The position numbers and the translations under genes were made by a program. A model generated the notes under the pieces. It saw only the letters and a list, made by a program, of their open reading frames with translations, ran no database searches and was not told where the DNA came from. DNA of 64,000 bases from Phyllosticta citribraziliensis (Eukaryota), in contig NW_027117342.1 of NCBI RefSeq assembly GCF_038025025.1, positions 1,612,001 to 1,676,000 on the forward strand, read 5' to 3'. Shown here piece by piece: positions 12,979 to 24,965 of this stretch (positions are counted from its first letter, which is position 1; every line of letters starts with the position of its first letter).

Positions 12979-15900
12979 ATGGCCGCCCCGGACCCTATTC
13001 ATATACCCTCCCGCCGCTGCTCGCTGCCGGCTCGTCCCTCCACCCGCCGACACTCCATATCCTCCACTCCTCTCCTCTCGTTTTCCGACGCTGGCGTCAA
13101 GCTGCGTGCCAGTGTCCCGAGGTCTTCCTCCGACTACCTGCCACTCAAGAGCCCGGCACGCGAGTCCACCCCCCAGGACCAAGATCCTCTCGCAAAAGCT
13201 CTCCACTCCTCTCGCTCGTTCGCTGCCCGCTACTTTTCCCAACTCGCCGACATGCCTGCCGTCATCCAGCACCGCAAGGCCTCTTCAGACACCATCTGCT
13301 CGTCCTTGACCTCGGCCTCGAGTTGCGCCAAAACCGCCGGAGTCAAGAGATGGGATGGTAGTGGCAAGCGCTCCGAGCCCTGGGATGGCCTCCGCCGTGT
13401 ACTACACCCCAACTTCGCCCCCGAAATGTCACCTCCCGCTGATTTTGTCCAGGATTCGGAGCTTTGGTTCTCCCACGGTGACTGCTTTGTCCACCTCTAC
13501 GCCAAGGGCCAGTCCCGCCGCGGCCCCTCGTTTTGCGTGCCAATGAGCGAGCTTCAGCGCGCAAAGTGTGGTAACCTCTTTACCCTCTGCTTTGCCCAAA
13601 AGGTCCCCAAGGAACATGTTCCGCTTGCCCAGTTGGCTGCCCTCAAAAGCCCTCCAGACTCCATGTACGAGCTGTACATGCCCGCCCCAGAAGACACGAC
13701 CAAGGAAGAAGCTTTCGAGTGGCACATGGCCAATCGCAACTTTTTTGCCTTTGTCTTCCGGAAACCGCTGGTCGGCTCGCATCTAGGCACTGCCCTCATC
13801 AGCCTCCAAGAGCGACTCCATCTCTTTCGCACGCCGGGCTCCTCGTCGAATCACGAGGCCCTCATGACCTACGCCAAGGAAATGGGATACATGACCTTCA
13901 CAGATCGCCCGGACAATGCTCTTGCCATGATCTTTTACGCCGAGCATTACCAGCTCAAGATCCTCTGGATCGATGCATACGCGCACTGTGTGGGCATGAA
14001 CGACACCTTGTATTTGAGTTCCGAGCATAGGGTTCGCAAACCCCTGATGGCGGTCAAGGTAGTCTGTGCCCGCTGACGATTAATAGATCATTCCACGAGT
14101 GACCAAAGCCCTCATCACTCGGGCCTATCTCGAAATGGACCTCCACCTGAACCGCGTGGCAAAGGCCCTCAGCAACTTTCTCGAGGAAGAGCTCTCCCCG
14201 CAATACCTCGGTGTTCCCTCGGGCCCTCGCGCCCATCTCGAGCGCTTCCGCGCATTCTTGCACGACTTTTATGTCCAAAAGTATGGCTACTGGCCCCCGC
14301 CAAAGACGACCAATTACCCGCGGGCCTTGTACCGCGCCATGTACAAGGACTTTCGCGGACTCCACGACCTCCTCGTTGACATGCACTCGTCCGCCTCGAT
14401 TCAATATCAGCGCCCTGCGGACGGCGGAATCTGCGTTCTTCAAAATGTCCAGGCCTTTGATCGGAGGCACAAGTACAACGCACTTCCGCACCCGCTCCCT
14501 CTGCTTCCAACGACACCCCCGCCAAACAGCCTGCAGACTTCCAAGTCGCTTGGCACGTTCAAAATTAGCAACAAGCAAAGCAAGCTCGACAAGCAACGCG
14601 TAAATCAAGCTTCACTGCTCTCCGCAACCAATGGCGTGACCGGAGCCACCGCCGACTCGCCTCTAGTCAAGGCGTATAAGCGCTTTGAGCGTGACTACTC
14701 GGACAAGCAAAAGGAAAAAGTCTCGCTCTCGGATGCGCGCAAAGTCCGCTGGATTCTCATCTACGCCACCTTGCAGATGCTCATGAGCGTCACGCGAGCG
14801 CCACCCGAAGTGACCGACACGGATGCCATGTATCCGTTGTGCTGTCTCACAGCAGGAACCCCGCCGTGGAACACGGGCAAGACCACCGCTCCGGAGAGCT
14901 CTCGAGAAAACGATTCGGGTTACGCGTCGGCCGAACTGGAAATACTGTCGCCAGAGGCCAGTGCATCGGCCTTTAGCATCAAGCCAGATTGCGAAGGGTA
15001 CGACTACATTACACATACCAGCCCGAGCAACACCAACTTCAAGCGTCGTCCCTCCGCTTCGCCTAGCGTCGAGGTTCCCGCACCCTTGCGCGTCAACAGC
15101 AGCGCCTCGCCCACCGCTGGTCGGAGAAGCAGCTTGCCCCCGCTCCATCGCAGCAACACTTCCTCTTGGCGCTCACCTTTTTCCTCCAAGAGGAACAGCG
15201 TCCGCGTTCCACCGCAGCCCTATTGCGAAATTCACGTGCCAGGCTACGGCAACGGATTGAACGAGACCATTATTGATCCGCCTGCGCCTACTACTACGAT
15301 TCCGACGCTGTCCTCAAACTCGTTGCCGGTGCGCGAATCCATCCGTCGCGTTCCTCCCGAAAAGCTCACGCTAAAGACATCGTTTCAGCGCGGTTCCGTG
15401 TCCGCGCCCTTGTCTGCTTACGCCCCAGCAACGGAGCCCATTGCCGAAACAGACGAGCCAAAGCGTACACCGACGCTCGACTGCAATCAATTCGATTTTG
15501 CATCAACGCCCCTCACCCTCTTGCCGGCTTCCACGACTTCCCTCCCAGCTCCGGCGACCTGCCCGCTTGCTGGCACTCCTGGCGTCCCTTATTTCCACAC
15601 GCGTTGCGCAAGCCATGGCTCGGGCTTGCCACGAACAGCTGCTGCGCAGAGTGCAGTCTCTAGCGTCTGTTCCATTGGCAGCGGTACATGCTCGCCTGCC
15701 GATAGTGTGAGCAGCGGGGCCAACACGCATCTTTCACTGGAGAGCTCTGCTGCTTCTTCGGCCACGAGCCTCTGCGTGTCTGAGATGCTTTGCTCGTCCG
15801 CCGATGTCACGACCTCCGACTGCTCTCAAGCCACTGATGCTACGACTTTTGCTCTTGCGGCCACCGAAAAGCTCATGGCCGAGCTCAGTCTCGACACCAC

Positions 15901-16240
15901 CGCTGTACCCACCACGCCTCCCATGGGAGCCATGTCTGCCTCTGCCTCTGTGTCCACCTCGATGGCCCCGTCGCGCATCAGTCGCACGCCCAGCATCGTT
16001 TCGAAATTCGCGCACTTGCCTCATCTTCTGCAGCCGTACAATCGCTCCAGCTCAATCTACGAGTGCAGCATTAGCTCCAGCGTCCTGGACACACCGGTAC
16101 AGAGCCGCCCCGGTACCGCCCTGGGACGCGAAGCGATCGATCTTGGTGACCGAGGAGTCGTCACCATGTACCAGGACTTGGTCGGCAGGATGAGCCCGAC
16201 GGTCGAGGAGTGCGAGGCGAGCGCAGAGGTTGGGCAGTGA
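12979..16240 (+). CDS. Conserved ascomycete protein of unknown function (DUF8004-like by recall) with long Ser/Pro-rich tail
   Basis: Two long ORFs are joined by intron 14032-14086, with a probable in-frame intron at 13399-13452. Motifs ELWFSHGDCFVHLY..GPSF, WHMANRNFFAF, DAYAHCVGM and RKVRWILIY resemble a conserved Pezizomycotina family. Confidence 0.85.
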
Positions 16241-17648
16241 ATTACCAGGGTGCACCCTGCGCAGCTGACTCCACCGTTTCGCCAACACTCAAACGCGCCT
16301 ACGCTTCTACCACGCAAAACCCATGTGCCCTGAATGTGTATTTGTTTTGTTTTGTTTTGTCTTGTTTCTCTCTTGGTGGCTGGGTTGGCGTTTCGCCGTT
16401 GTCGTTGTCATTTTCTGGTCGTTCGATACCCTGCTTTGGTCAACAACAGCCCGAGCAACTGACTGATCCTTCCACGCCTCTCTTACTTGCGTCTCACCAC
16501 CGCCACTAAAACCCCATACCCTATTGTCTATTTTCTATTTCATCCGAGATGAGCTCGACTCGACTCGACTCGCTGGCCTCGACAGGACGAGGATCCGAGT
16601 TAGCAAAAGGTTGAAGCAAGCAGACGGGGAGGAAAAAAAAAGGGAACAAAATTGCGCTCCACATTTTTGTGTCGACACTAAGACTGGGCTGGCTCAAACA
16701 GTTTTATACCTCTTGTGCTTTTGTTGTTTGTTTTTGCTCTACTTTTGCTGCGCTCTCCCAATCACGCCGTCACTCCCTGTTGCTGCTGCTAGCCACTACT
16801 ACACAGGCAACGACGTTTTGGAAACGCTTTTACGATTATCACGGATGCATCGACGGAAGTCACGCACTTGACGCGTATACGGTCGTCTCTCGCAAGCAAG
16901 CACACACGAAATGGCAAACGAAGAAGACGAGAACGAGACACGGAAGAGACCCCATTAGAACCACAACGATCCCTTTTGTACATAGCTCTCACATATACCA
17001 CACTACCGCCCATCACTCCTTCACCACCCAAGTATCTAGGTACTCCATAAAAAACGGAAAACGGAATCAAAACACCAAAAAATGAAAAATTACCAAAACA
17101 ATCTCAATCCATCGACCGAAACGTGCAGTGCAAATAAGCAAATAAGCACATCGCCTCTTGCTAATTCTCCGACGCGACGCGATCGGGGGCCAGCTGCGCG
17201 GCGCTGCTCTTACTACGCCTTGAGCATGAGATTTTCCATTGATCGATTTGCGTTCTGATCGATTTGCCTTCCCGTCGGCCGCGCCGGCCGCGTATGCCAT
17301 GTGCTGTGCTGACTGAGCTCTCGACATACATACACACACATGATGTCGAGGAGTTGTGCCTGCCTGCCTGCCTGCGGGTTGGGCCTGTCCTGTCTCGGAC
17401 GCGTTGGCTCTCACATGTCGTACGCTGGCAATTGTATGTGCATGTGTGCATGCAGAGGTTGACGGACGGTCGTACAGCGGCAGCAGCAGCAGCAGCAGCG
17501 GTGAGTCGCGCGAAGCTAGAAGTGGTTCGGGCGTAGTGTGGTAGATATGCATACATGCATACATACATATGCTGTGTCTGCATGTATGCGTGTACGCAGC
17601 CAGGGCGCACCACCGCACGCGGCATTGCGTGCTAGCCATGTAGCTCGA

Positions 17649-17687
17649 GACTGACTGACTGACTGACTGACTGACTGACTGACTGAC
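17649..17687 (+). repeat. (GACT)9 microsatellite
   Basis: Read directly from the sequence. It sits in a region rich in CATA, TGCC and CAG simple repeats. Confidence 0.95.
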
Positions 17688-19588
17688 GGGCCGGCGGACA
17701 GGCCGATGGACGAAATGCACGCATGGCATGCAGCCAAGATGGAGGACAGACTGAGATGGTGCTGCCTTGGTTTGTAATGGCCTTGCCTTGTCTTGCCGCC
17801 GTCGGCGTCGTTGGCCGTGATTTGGAAATGGAAGATGAGCAGTCGATCGATCTACATACCGACATATGTATGTATGCAAACATGCATGATTGACACTGCG
17901 TAGTTTGCCAGTCTGTCAGTAAGCGATAGGCTAGCTGTTGGTTTAAGGTAGTCAATCAGTAAAGGCAAGTCGGAGCCGACGACGCAGTGCGGTCCTCGCC
18001 GCGGTGTCTGCCCCGGAGCCCGAACTGCCCGCTGTCCCGTCCTGCCGTCTCCGTGCGCGCATCCTCGTATTCACGTCGTGTGTGGTCAGGCAAGACGTCA
18101 GCCAGCCAGTCAGTCAGTCAGGCAGGCAGAAAGGGGTTTAGGATTGGTGATGCCGCCGCATTGCAGACAAACAGGCTGCATGCGTGTGGGTGCGATGTAC
18201 GCGGCGCTGAGTCCCGAGGGGCCGGATCCGTTCGTTAGGCTTGCCTTTGCGCTCTCTGGCGTGCTTCGCTGCGTGACGAGGTGAGGGAGTGGCTGGCTGT
18301 GACGGTGGTCAGAGAGCAGGAAGACGTCGTGTGGTTGGAGTGTGTTGGTTTGGAGTGATTTGGATTTTCCCCTGCCCAAGGAGCCGGGTCGACCTCTATC
18401 CAGTGGGTGTGGTGCTTGGCAGCGTGTTTATGGGTGCCGATTGGAAGGGGGCCGTATGCATGTCAGCGGCAGGCTGGATGAGCGCGGAGGTGCTGGAGAG
18501 CTGGGCTAGCTAGTCTCTAGCCAGTAGGAGAATTTTCTCTCGTTGGGCAGGATGTGGGGAGAAAACGAGCAAATTGGCAAAATGTTGATGCTGGACAGGT
18601 AGGAAAGCTGGACGTGGAATTTTGGAGAAGTGGACTGAACTGGGAGAGATGCGCACACCTACCTTTCTTGCCACAGATGGCCAGAGACATCTCTCATCTA
18701 ACCAGAACTGCCAGTCTGCCCACCTACACGCGGACGCTGCACGTGCTGTTGTCACTGTCCAGGCCTCCCCCAGATTCCGAGCAGCACCCGCGCCCGCGCC
18801 TCTGGTCGATGACAGAGACGATGACAGCGGCAGTCCAACGTGGCGCCGCTGACGCTCCATACCCACCTGACCCAGCTGAACTCGTCGCAGCGTCGTCGCT
18901 CAACTGGGCACAGAATCACAATGTGGCTTATCAATCAAGTCACCACAACGTCTCCGTCCGGATGTCGACGTCAACCGGCCAACCAACCATCCACCCCAGC
19001 GAGCCGAACGAAGACGACGCCTTCTCAGCCGGCAAGCCGTGGACGCAGCCAAACGCTGCAGTCTCGGGTCGATCACGCTTGGCCGTCAAGGCGCCTGGCC
19101 GCCTTCGCTCGTGCATCGTCATCTGCGTCGTGAAGACGCGGGTCTCAGCGACGACAAAGCAAAAGGGGAGAAACGCGCGGACAAAAGCGGATGTGCTTGC
19201 ATGGCACGCTCTTGCTTTTTGCCCTTTGAGGTTTTCGTCGCCGGACGTCAGGTGCGTCCGTTGCTTTGGCGAGGCGCGAAGCGTGAGACACTCACGTCAC
19301 GTTGCGTCTTCGACTTCCGGCGTTGGAGCTCCGAACGGTGAGCGGAGGTGGATGTGGCGGATGGACGTCTTGCCGAAGCGAGGACAGGTGATGCTCTGTC
19401 GTTGTGATTGACCAAGATGTCGCGGTAGCGGAGTTGAGGGCATCCGAGTCGGAGGCCGGAGTCGGGCAGAGGTTGACGGCGAGGCCGGGTGTGTCGCCTG
19501 CTCGGGCTGTTGGTGTCGTGCAATCCTAAGCGTGGGGGCCAAGGAGTACAGTTGCTGGTCGGTGCAGAGCAAGGTATGCAAGTTGTGC

Positions 19589-20140
19589 CCCTCAAATCGC
19601 CACCACCGCTGGGTGGGCGTCCAAACGAACGTTTTGGGCATCCAAATCAAGTGATTTAACAGACACCTACTGGTGGTAAGATAATTCACTTTATTTAGGC
19701 GTCCACCTGCGCACTTGGGGGCTAAAACTGAGTTATGCGCGCAGAACTTAGTGATGCTCTATAAAGTACTTATACACTTAATACTATAGAAGATACGCCT
19801 AATTTTCTAGTACCAGTATAAAGAATTACATATAAATTATTTTGTAATACCTACTAAGCTTTTTACGCAATTAGTAGTAGTGATAGTGGTGGTGATAGTG
19901 GTGGTGGTGGTGGTGGTGGTGGTGGTAGTGGTAGTTAGGCATGAGTTAGTTATTGCCTGAAGGTGCCTGAAAGTGCCTGAAAATGCCTGAAATCTAGGGA
20001 GTTTTAGCCCCCAAGTGCGCAGGTGGACGCCTAAATGAAGTGAATTATCTCACCACCACTGGGTGTCTATTAAATCACTTAATTTGGACGCCCAAAACGT
20101 TCGTTTGGACGCCCACCCGGGGGTGGTTGTCAAATGAGGG
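19589..20140. mobile_element. Non-autonomous foldback/MITE-like DNA transposon relic with RIP signature
   Basis: Inverted arms at 19611-19729 and 20000-20118 (119 bp, 7 mismatches) extend imperfectly to CCCTCA...TGAGGG. The interior is AT/TpA-rich and non-coding, with (GGT)n and four TGCCTGAA-containing 10-mers. Confidence 0.85.
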
Positions 20141-20985
20141 TAACACAAGTCGTGGAGTTTCGACGTTCGCAGCTACAAATTTTGAAGCTATAATGATACA
20201 GAGCGACTCCGAATTTCACGTACGACCATAGCAGGTAGAAAACTCGGAACCCCGTCCGCTCTTCCATAGATAAGCTACCTTGCGGCCGATTAGTAGTTGC
20301 GTGGGTGACCAGCAGCGAATCCCGGCTGTTGTACGTTTCGATCTTTTTGATCGACTGGTTGGCGGTGGGTGTTGCGACGCGGTTCATGTTTGGTCGGAGC
20401 AAATTTTTGGTGGAGTTTTCTTTTTTTTCTTTCTTGGTCCGCAGGTTTCCCCGCGAAAAAGCCGAAACACCCCCTGATTCCTGCGTCGTTGTCCCCTGGG
20501 CGATTTTGGTCCAAGAGAGATCCATACATCGGCCGCTATTTTACGCCCTCTCAAGATTCAAATTGCGGAACGGGCAACGTTGCAGAGCGTGATGGCAGAC
20601 GAGCGCTGGGTGGCCTGTGCACTGCCTTCCACACCGCAGGGCAGTCGGTACCTCGCATTTGTTGAGCGTGTCACCGGGGCCTTTGTCCACCGCATCTTTC
20701 GCCGCCTTTGCACCACCGCTTGCAAGAACTTCGCGGGATCTCAGCATCAGCTCGTCTCCTGCGTCGGCTTCGTCAGCACGGCGCGCGTGAACATCGACAA
20801 CAAACTTCTCAGCTCAGTCTTCAGTCTCGTCTTCAGCCCACACTTCGAGTGCAGCATCTCAACATTATAATCCGCTTTGGCCATTCTCTTCGGTTGACAA
20901 TCTCCATCGAATTCGCCAAGGTCAGAAGCGCGTGGTGTTGATTTGCACCAAATTCAAACTTCCAACAAGCCGACATCCGATTACA

Positions 20986-23900
20986 ATGGCAGACGTGCTT
21001 CAAAGATTCGATCCTGCCGAGCCACAAGGTATCACCCTAACATTGCACGGCAAAATGTATGCATTGCCCTGGGTAGTCGCCAAAAGGTGGGATGTGAGTA
21101 AGAGTTCCGCAGTCCATGGGCCAATTGATGTTGAGACATCCAGTCGGTTGAGCCTTGGATCCGCGAGTTTCATGCCAGGGAGACAAAACGTCAAACACAA
21201 AGCACCGAAACTGGTCTTACAGACCCAAGCCTTCGCGAACTTGGTTCTTACGATCTTGTGCTGGATACTTCAGGTGATCAGAAAGTGTCTGGAGCTATCG
21301 TCCACCCAGAATTTTGGGAACATAGCGTGCTCCCTGGCTCGAAAGTGATGGTCCATCTTTGGAAGTCGACTTCTCCCCTTGAGACGAAAGAAGCCACCGA
21401 ATCTGAGCACCATCTCTCTCACGATCCTGCGTTGGAGCCTCCACTGACCCATCCTCAGGATGTGCACCCAACAGCAGCCACCGGTAGATGGCATTGTTTT
21501 AGCCACCCCGTTGACCATAATGGTAATTTGCTAAGCTCCAGCATAGCCACCCCTATTCCATGGGCGTTTCGTGGGGCTCAGGACCCGCGTATGCCGGAGC
21601 CTTCCCTGGACTGTTCTTTGCATTGGAAAGAACCCGTGGAAACGACATCCGTTGAGTTGCAAAGAATTGATGTTCAGGGGTCTTACATCGATAAGTTTCA
21701 ATTCGAAATCAAGCTGATTGAGCCATTTGGCTATGGTAAAGAACAGGCCAATCTGGTAAGTCTCTCAATGAACCATATGTTGATCTAAGTATACCAATGC
21801 AACGCCAAAAAGCCAACCAGCTTGGCTGGTAGTCGTTCCGATAGCAAGACTTCATGGAGCTGGCTGTAAGTTGCATAGAAAGCCACCTTTTCCCACTCCT
21901 AGATGCTGAACGAAGCTCAAAGCCATGTGAGGCAAGAATTTCCAAACTTTGAAAGTTTCAAGGTCAGCATCTGAAAAGCGCTCGTTGGAGTCAAACTTAC
22001 AATGTGAAGACGCTGGCGCTGGCCTCACCCAATTTGTCGAAAAGCGGAAACCTCCGCAAGGCAACGCAGAACCTATTGGCCACTGTAGAGCAAAGATTGG
22101 GACATCCTACCGTGCAACCCGGATACATTCAACCCGGAACAGTCCTTCGTTTTGACGGGACAGAGAAAAATGACGAGCAAGATGGTTCAGGAGCTCACGT
22201 CATTTTCGTTTGTCTTCCGCTTCTCTATCGTGCAGAAAGCCAGACACAATTCCAGTCTTCTGAGCCAAAATTCTCAGATTCTGGAGCAAATCGAAAGCAG
22301 GAGCGCTCGAGCATGCAAAAGTTTGGGGACAGTCCATCTCAATCTGGACCCAGGATCGGAACAAGTCAGCTATGGGCGTTGATAGTGGGACAAGGTTTGT
22401 ACGTCCATCAATGTTAAATCAAGCTGACGGCTTTCCAAGATGCTCTCTTGACCTGTGGTAACGTGGAACGTGAGTCACTTTTCCAATCACACAACATTTT
22501 GAATGTTTCACACAGTGTTGTGTTTGGGAAGAATCGAAACGGCAACAATTTTACTCTGCCGTTGGGCAACTACGAGACTCTTTGGGTAAGCGGAGGACTG
22601 CCATGATTGCTGCGTTTCGCTGATATTTTCAGCACCTCGAGCGAACATTGCAGCGAGAATTCGGCTCCGCCGACGCCTTGATTGCTGAGTCAGAGCTTGA
22701 AAGATGGCTCAACATGTTCACTTCGACACAGAAGTCGTTGCTGCAAGTCTCGCTTGTTGATATCGAGCAGAGCAGCTTGATCATTGACAGCGATGAGGTC
22801 CAGCCTCTGGAGAAGACATCAGTCTTCAGTCTGCGGCACTCCTTTGGCGGAATCGATTGCGAGCTAGCAAAATCGAGAGTGCCGCCTATTCTTTCTTGGA
22901 ACATCAAGCCTCGTGTCATCGGAAGAGTCAAAGAAGGTGATGGCAACACTGCGGAGGAGACTCGTTCAATTCTTCTCAGCCGATCCAGCACCATCAAACC
23001 CAGCGCTCCTATCAATGAGTTTGCAGAAACTCTGAGAGGCGAGGTCTCGAAAATTTCAGTTCCTGTTCTATCCAATGGCGTCGGAGAGGACAACACACGC
23101 GAAGGAATGGCACATACGAAGGAGACACCTCGTCAGCAAAGATTTTTGGACGCCCAGAAAACGATCTTGGATCGACTGCATTGCCAGAATCAACAAAAGC
23201 TTAGCCAATGCATCTCAGAACTTCAAAAAGCTTTTCATTATCTCATTTCACCGGGAAACCACGAGCGTTGTGAGCTCAAGGTAGTCCTATGGGAGGCGAT
23301 TGAACTCTGGATACTCGTGAGACACTTTCCCTCTTTGTTAGCCATCGCTAAAAGACAGTCAGGAGTTCCGAAAGGTTTCCGAATCAGCCAAAATTCCACA
23401 GGGCGAGGTTGCATACATGGGTCGGAAAAACTCAGCGAAGTGGCTCAGATGGATCGACCTGAAAGAGCAGACCCATATCTCACAACATACTATCCAGCCC
23501 CTGGAGGATTCCGCTCGCTTCAAAGACTTGACCAGCGCTCTTGAGGTCTTGAAAATGCAACAGGGCCCCTCGCAGTTTCCTCCATTGCTTCTAGAGGACC
23601 TTGTGTGGTACGTTACAGACACACAATGGGCAAAACTCCACGACACCTGCGCTAGATATGATCGACTATTTTCTGCTGCCTTGGCTGTAATACGGAGTTT
23701 TGCTTCATCATGCAAGCGCATTTACCATGGCGTCGCCTTACACAGCGGAGTAAAAGGGGACGTTTACGGTCTTACCCCCGCGTTTGTCGAGAATGTCCGA
23801 GTCATCGAGAATTTTTTCTCTCGTCTCTCGACTGATGCGCAAAGAATTACAGAGCACTACTTCAAAGTCAAAGTCGCGGGGGATTTGGATGATTATCTGG

Positions 23901-24965
23901 AGACGCGGGTCCAAGGGCTGTTCATTTTCGCTAATGCTATCCAAAATGAGGTGCTAAGAGCAGAAGCCGACATCCGTTGCCTGCTGCCTCCTCAAGGGCC
24001 CTTCAAAACGGTCATGCCGCTTGGTGACATTGGTCCACATGGCGTCTTTACGTGGGCAACAAGGAGCCTGCTCTACAGTCATTCCGAATGGCTGCCGCTT
24101 ATCAAGAGTCCCGGAGTCTTCAGACCAGACGAGGCCGTCCCAATTGATTTATTCGACGCGATTGCAAAAGGATTGGTGAGTCACAGTTCACACTCGGATG
24201 CTCACAGCTAAGATCTAGTAGAAAGATAAGGCAATCAAAGAACCACAGCGGAAATTGATTAGGGAGATCAATCAGTTCCAGGAAGAGTTGACCTTCCTTC
24301 AAGAAACATGCACCACTCTCAGACATACGTTGGAAAACTACAGCAAAGTTCTGGATCCAAACTCTTACCAAGTCGCCAATGAGAGACGCAAAGCTCAATA
24401 CCAACTGGAAAGAGAGGCGATCCGAATGACCATAGACAAAATCGAAAGGAAGGAGAGCCGGTTCAAGAAACTGGCCAAGGACTGCGACGTGTCAGTATCG
24501 AAAGCTAGGATGGGAATAGAGATCAGGGACGAAGACCATGGCAAAGCCATCTTTGTCTTCACGGTCGTAACCACGATTTTCCTCCCTCTGTCGTTTATCA
24601 CCAGCTACTTTGGCATGAACTTTGCAGACGTCCGCGACACCGCCTGGAACCAGGACATGTACTGGGCGATAGCTGGCCCCACCACTCTTGCCGTCGGGGC
24701 AACGGTGCTCATCATCTCGTACAGCACTGACGAGTTGAAGAACTTGTTCAAGTTTCTGTGGAGTTCTCGGTTCTGGCGATTGAACGAAAGGCTCGGGAGA
24801 AAATCGGGAAACACCATTCCGCCAGGCGGACTCACCGACGGGACATCTATACCAGGAACGAAACCAGCAATCGTAGCGGCCAAGAGACTGGTCTCTGGGA
24901 CCATTCATGTCATCATGCGGGCAAGAGGAAGACCTCAAGTGTCAACAAAGGCAGCGGAAGTATAG
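20986..24965 (+). CDS. Multi-exon protein: N-terminal fungal ubiquitin-like domain + C-terminal CorA-like (2TM, GMN) module
   Basis: The C-terminus has a coiled-coil then AIFVFTVVTTIFLPLSFITSYFGMN and a second TM helix. After intron 21094-21143 the N-terminus reads GKMYALPW..RW..GSYDL..GAIVHPEFWEHSVLPGSKVMVHLW. Several GTRAGT donors link the intermediate ORFs; internal exon boundaries are not fully resolved. Confidence 0.8.

Noticed and set aside
19297..20231. Two ORFs starting MNYLTT..CLLNHLIW.PKTFVWTPT on opposite strands
   Set aside because: They are translations of the two inverted arms of the MITE-like element. No transposase motif is present.
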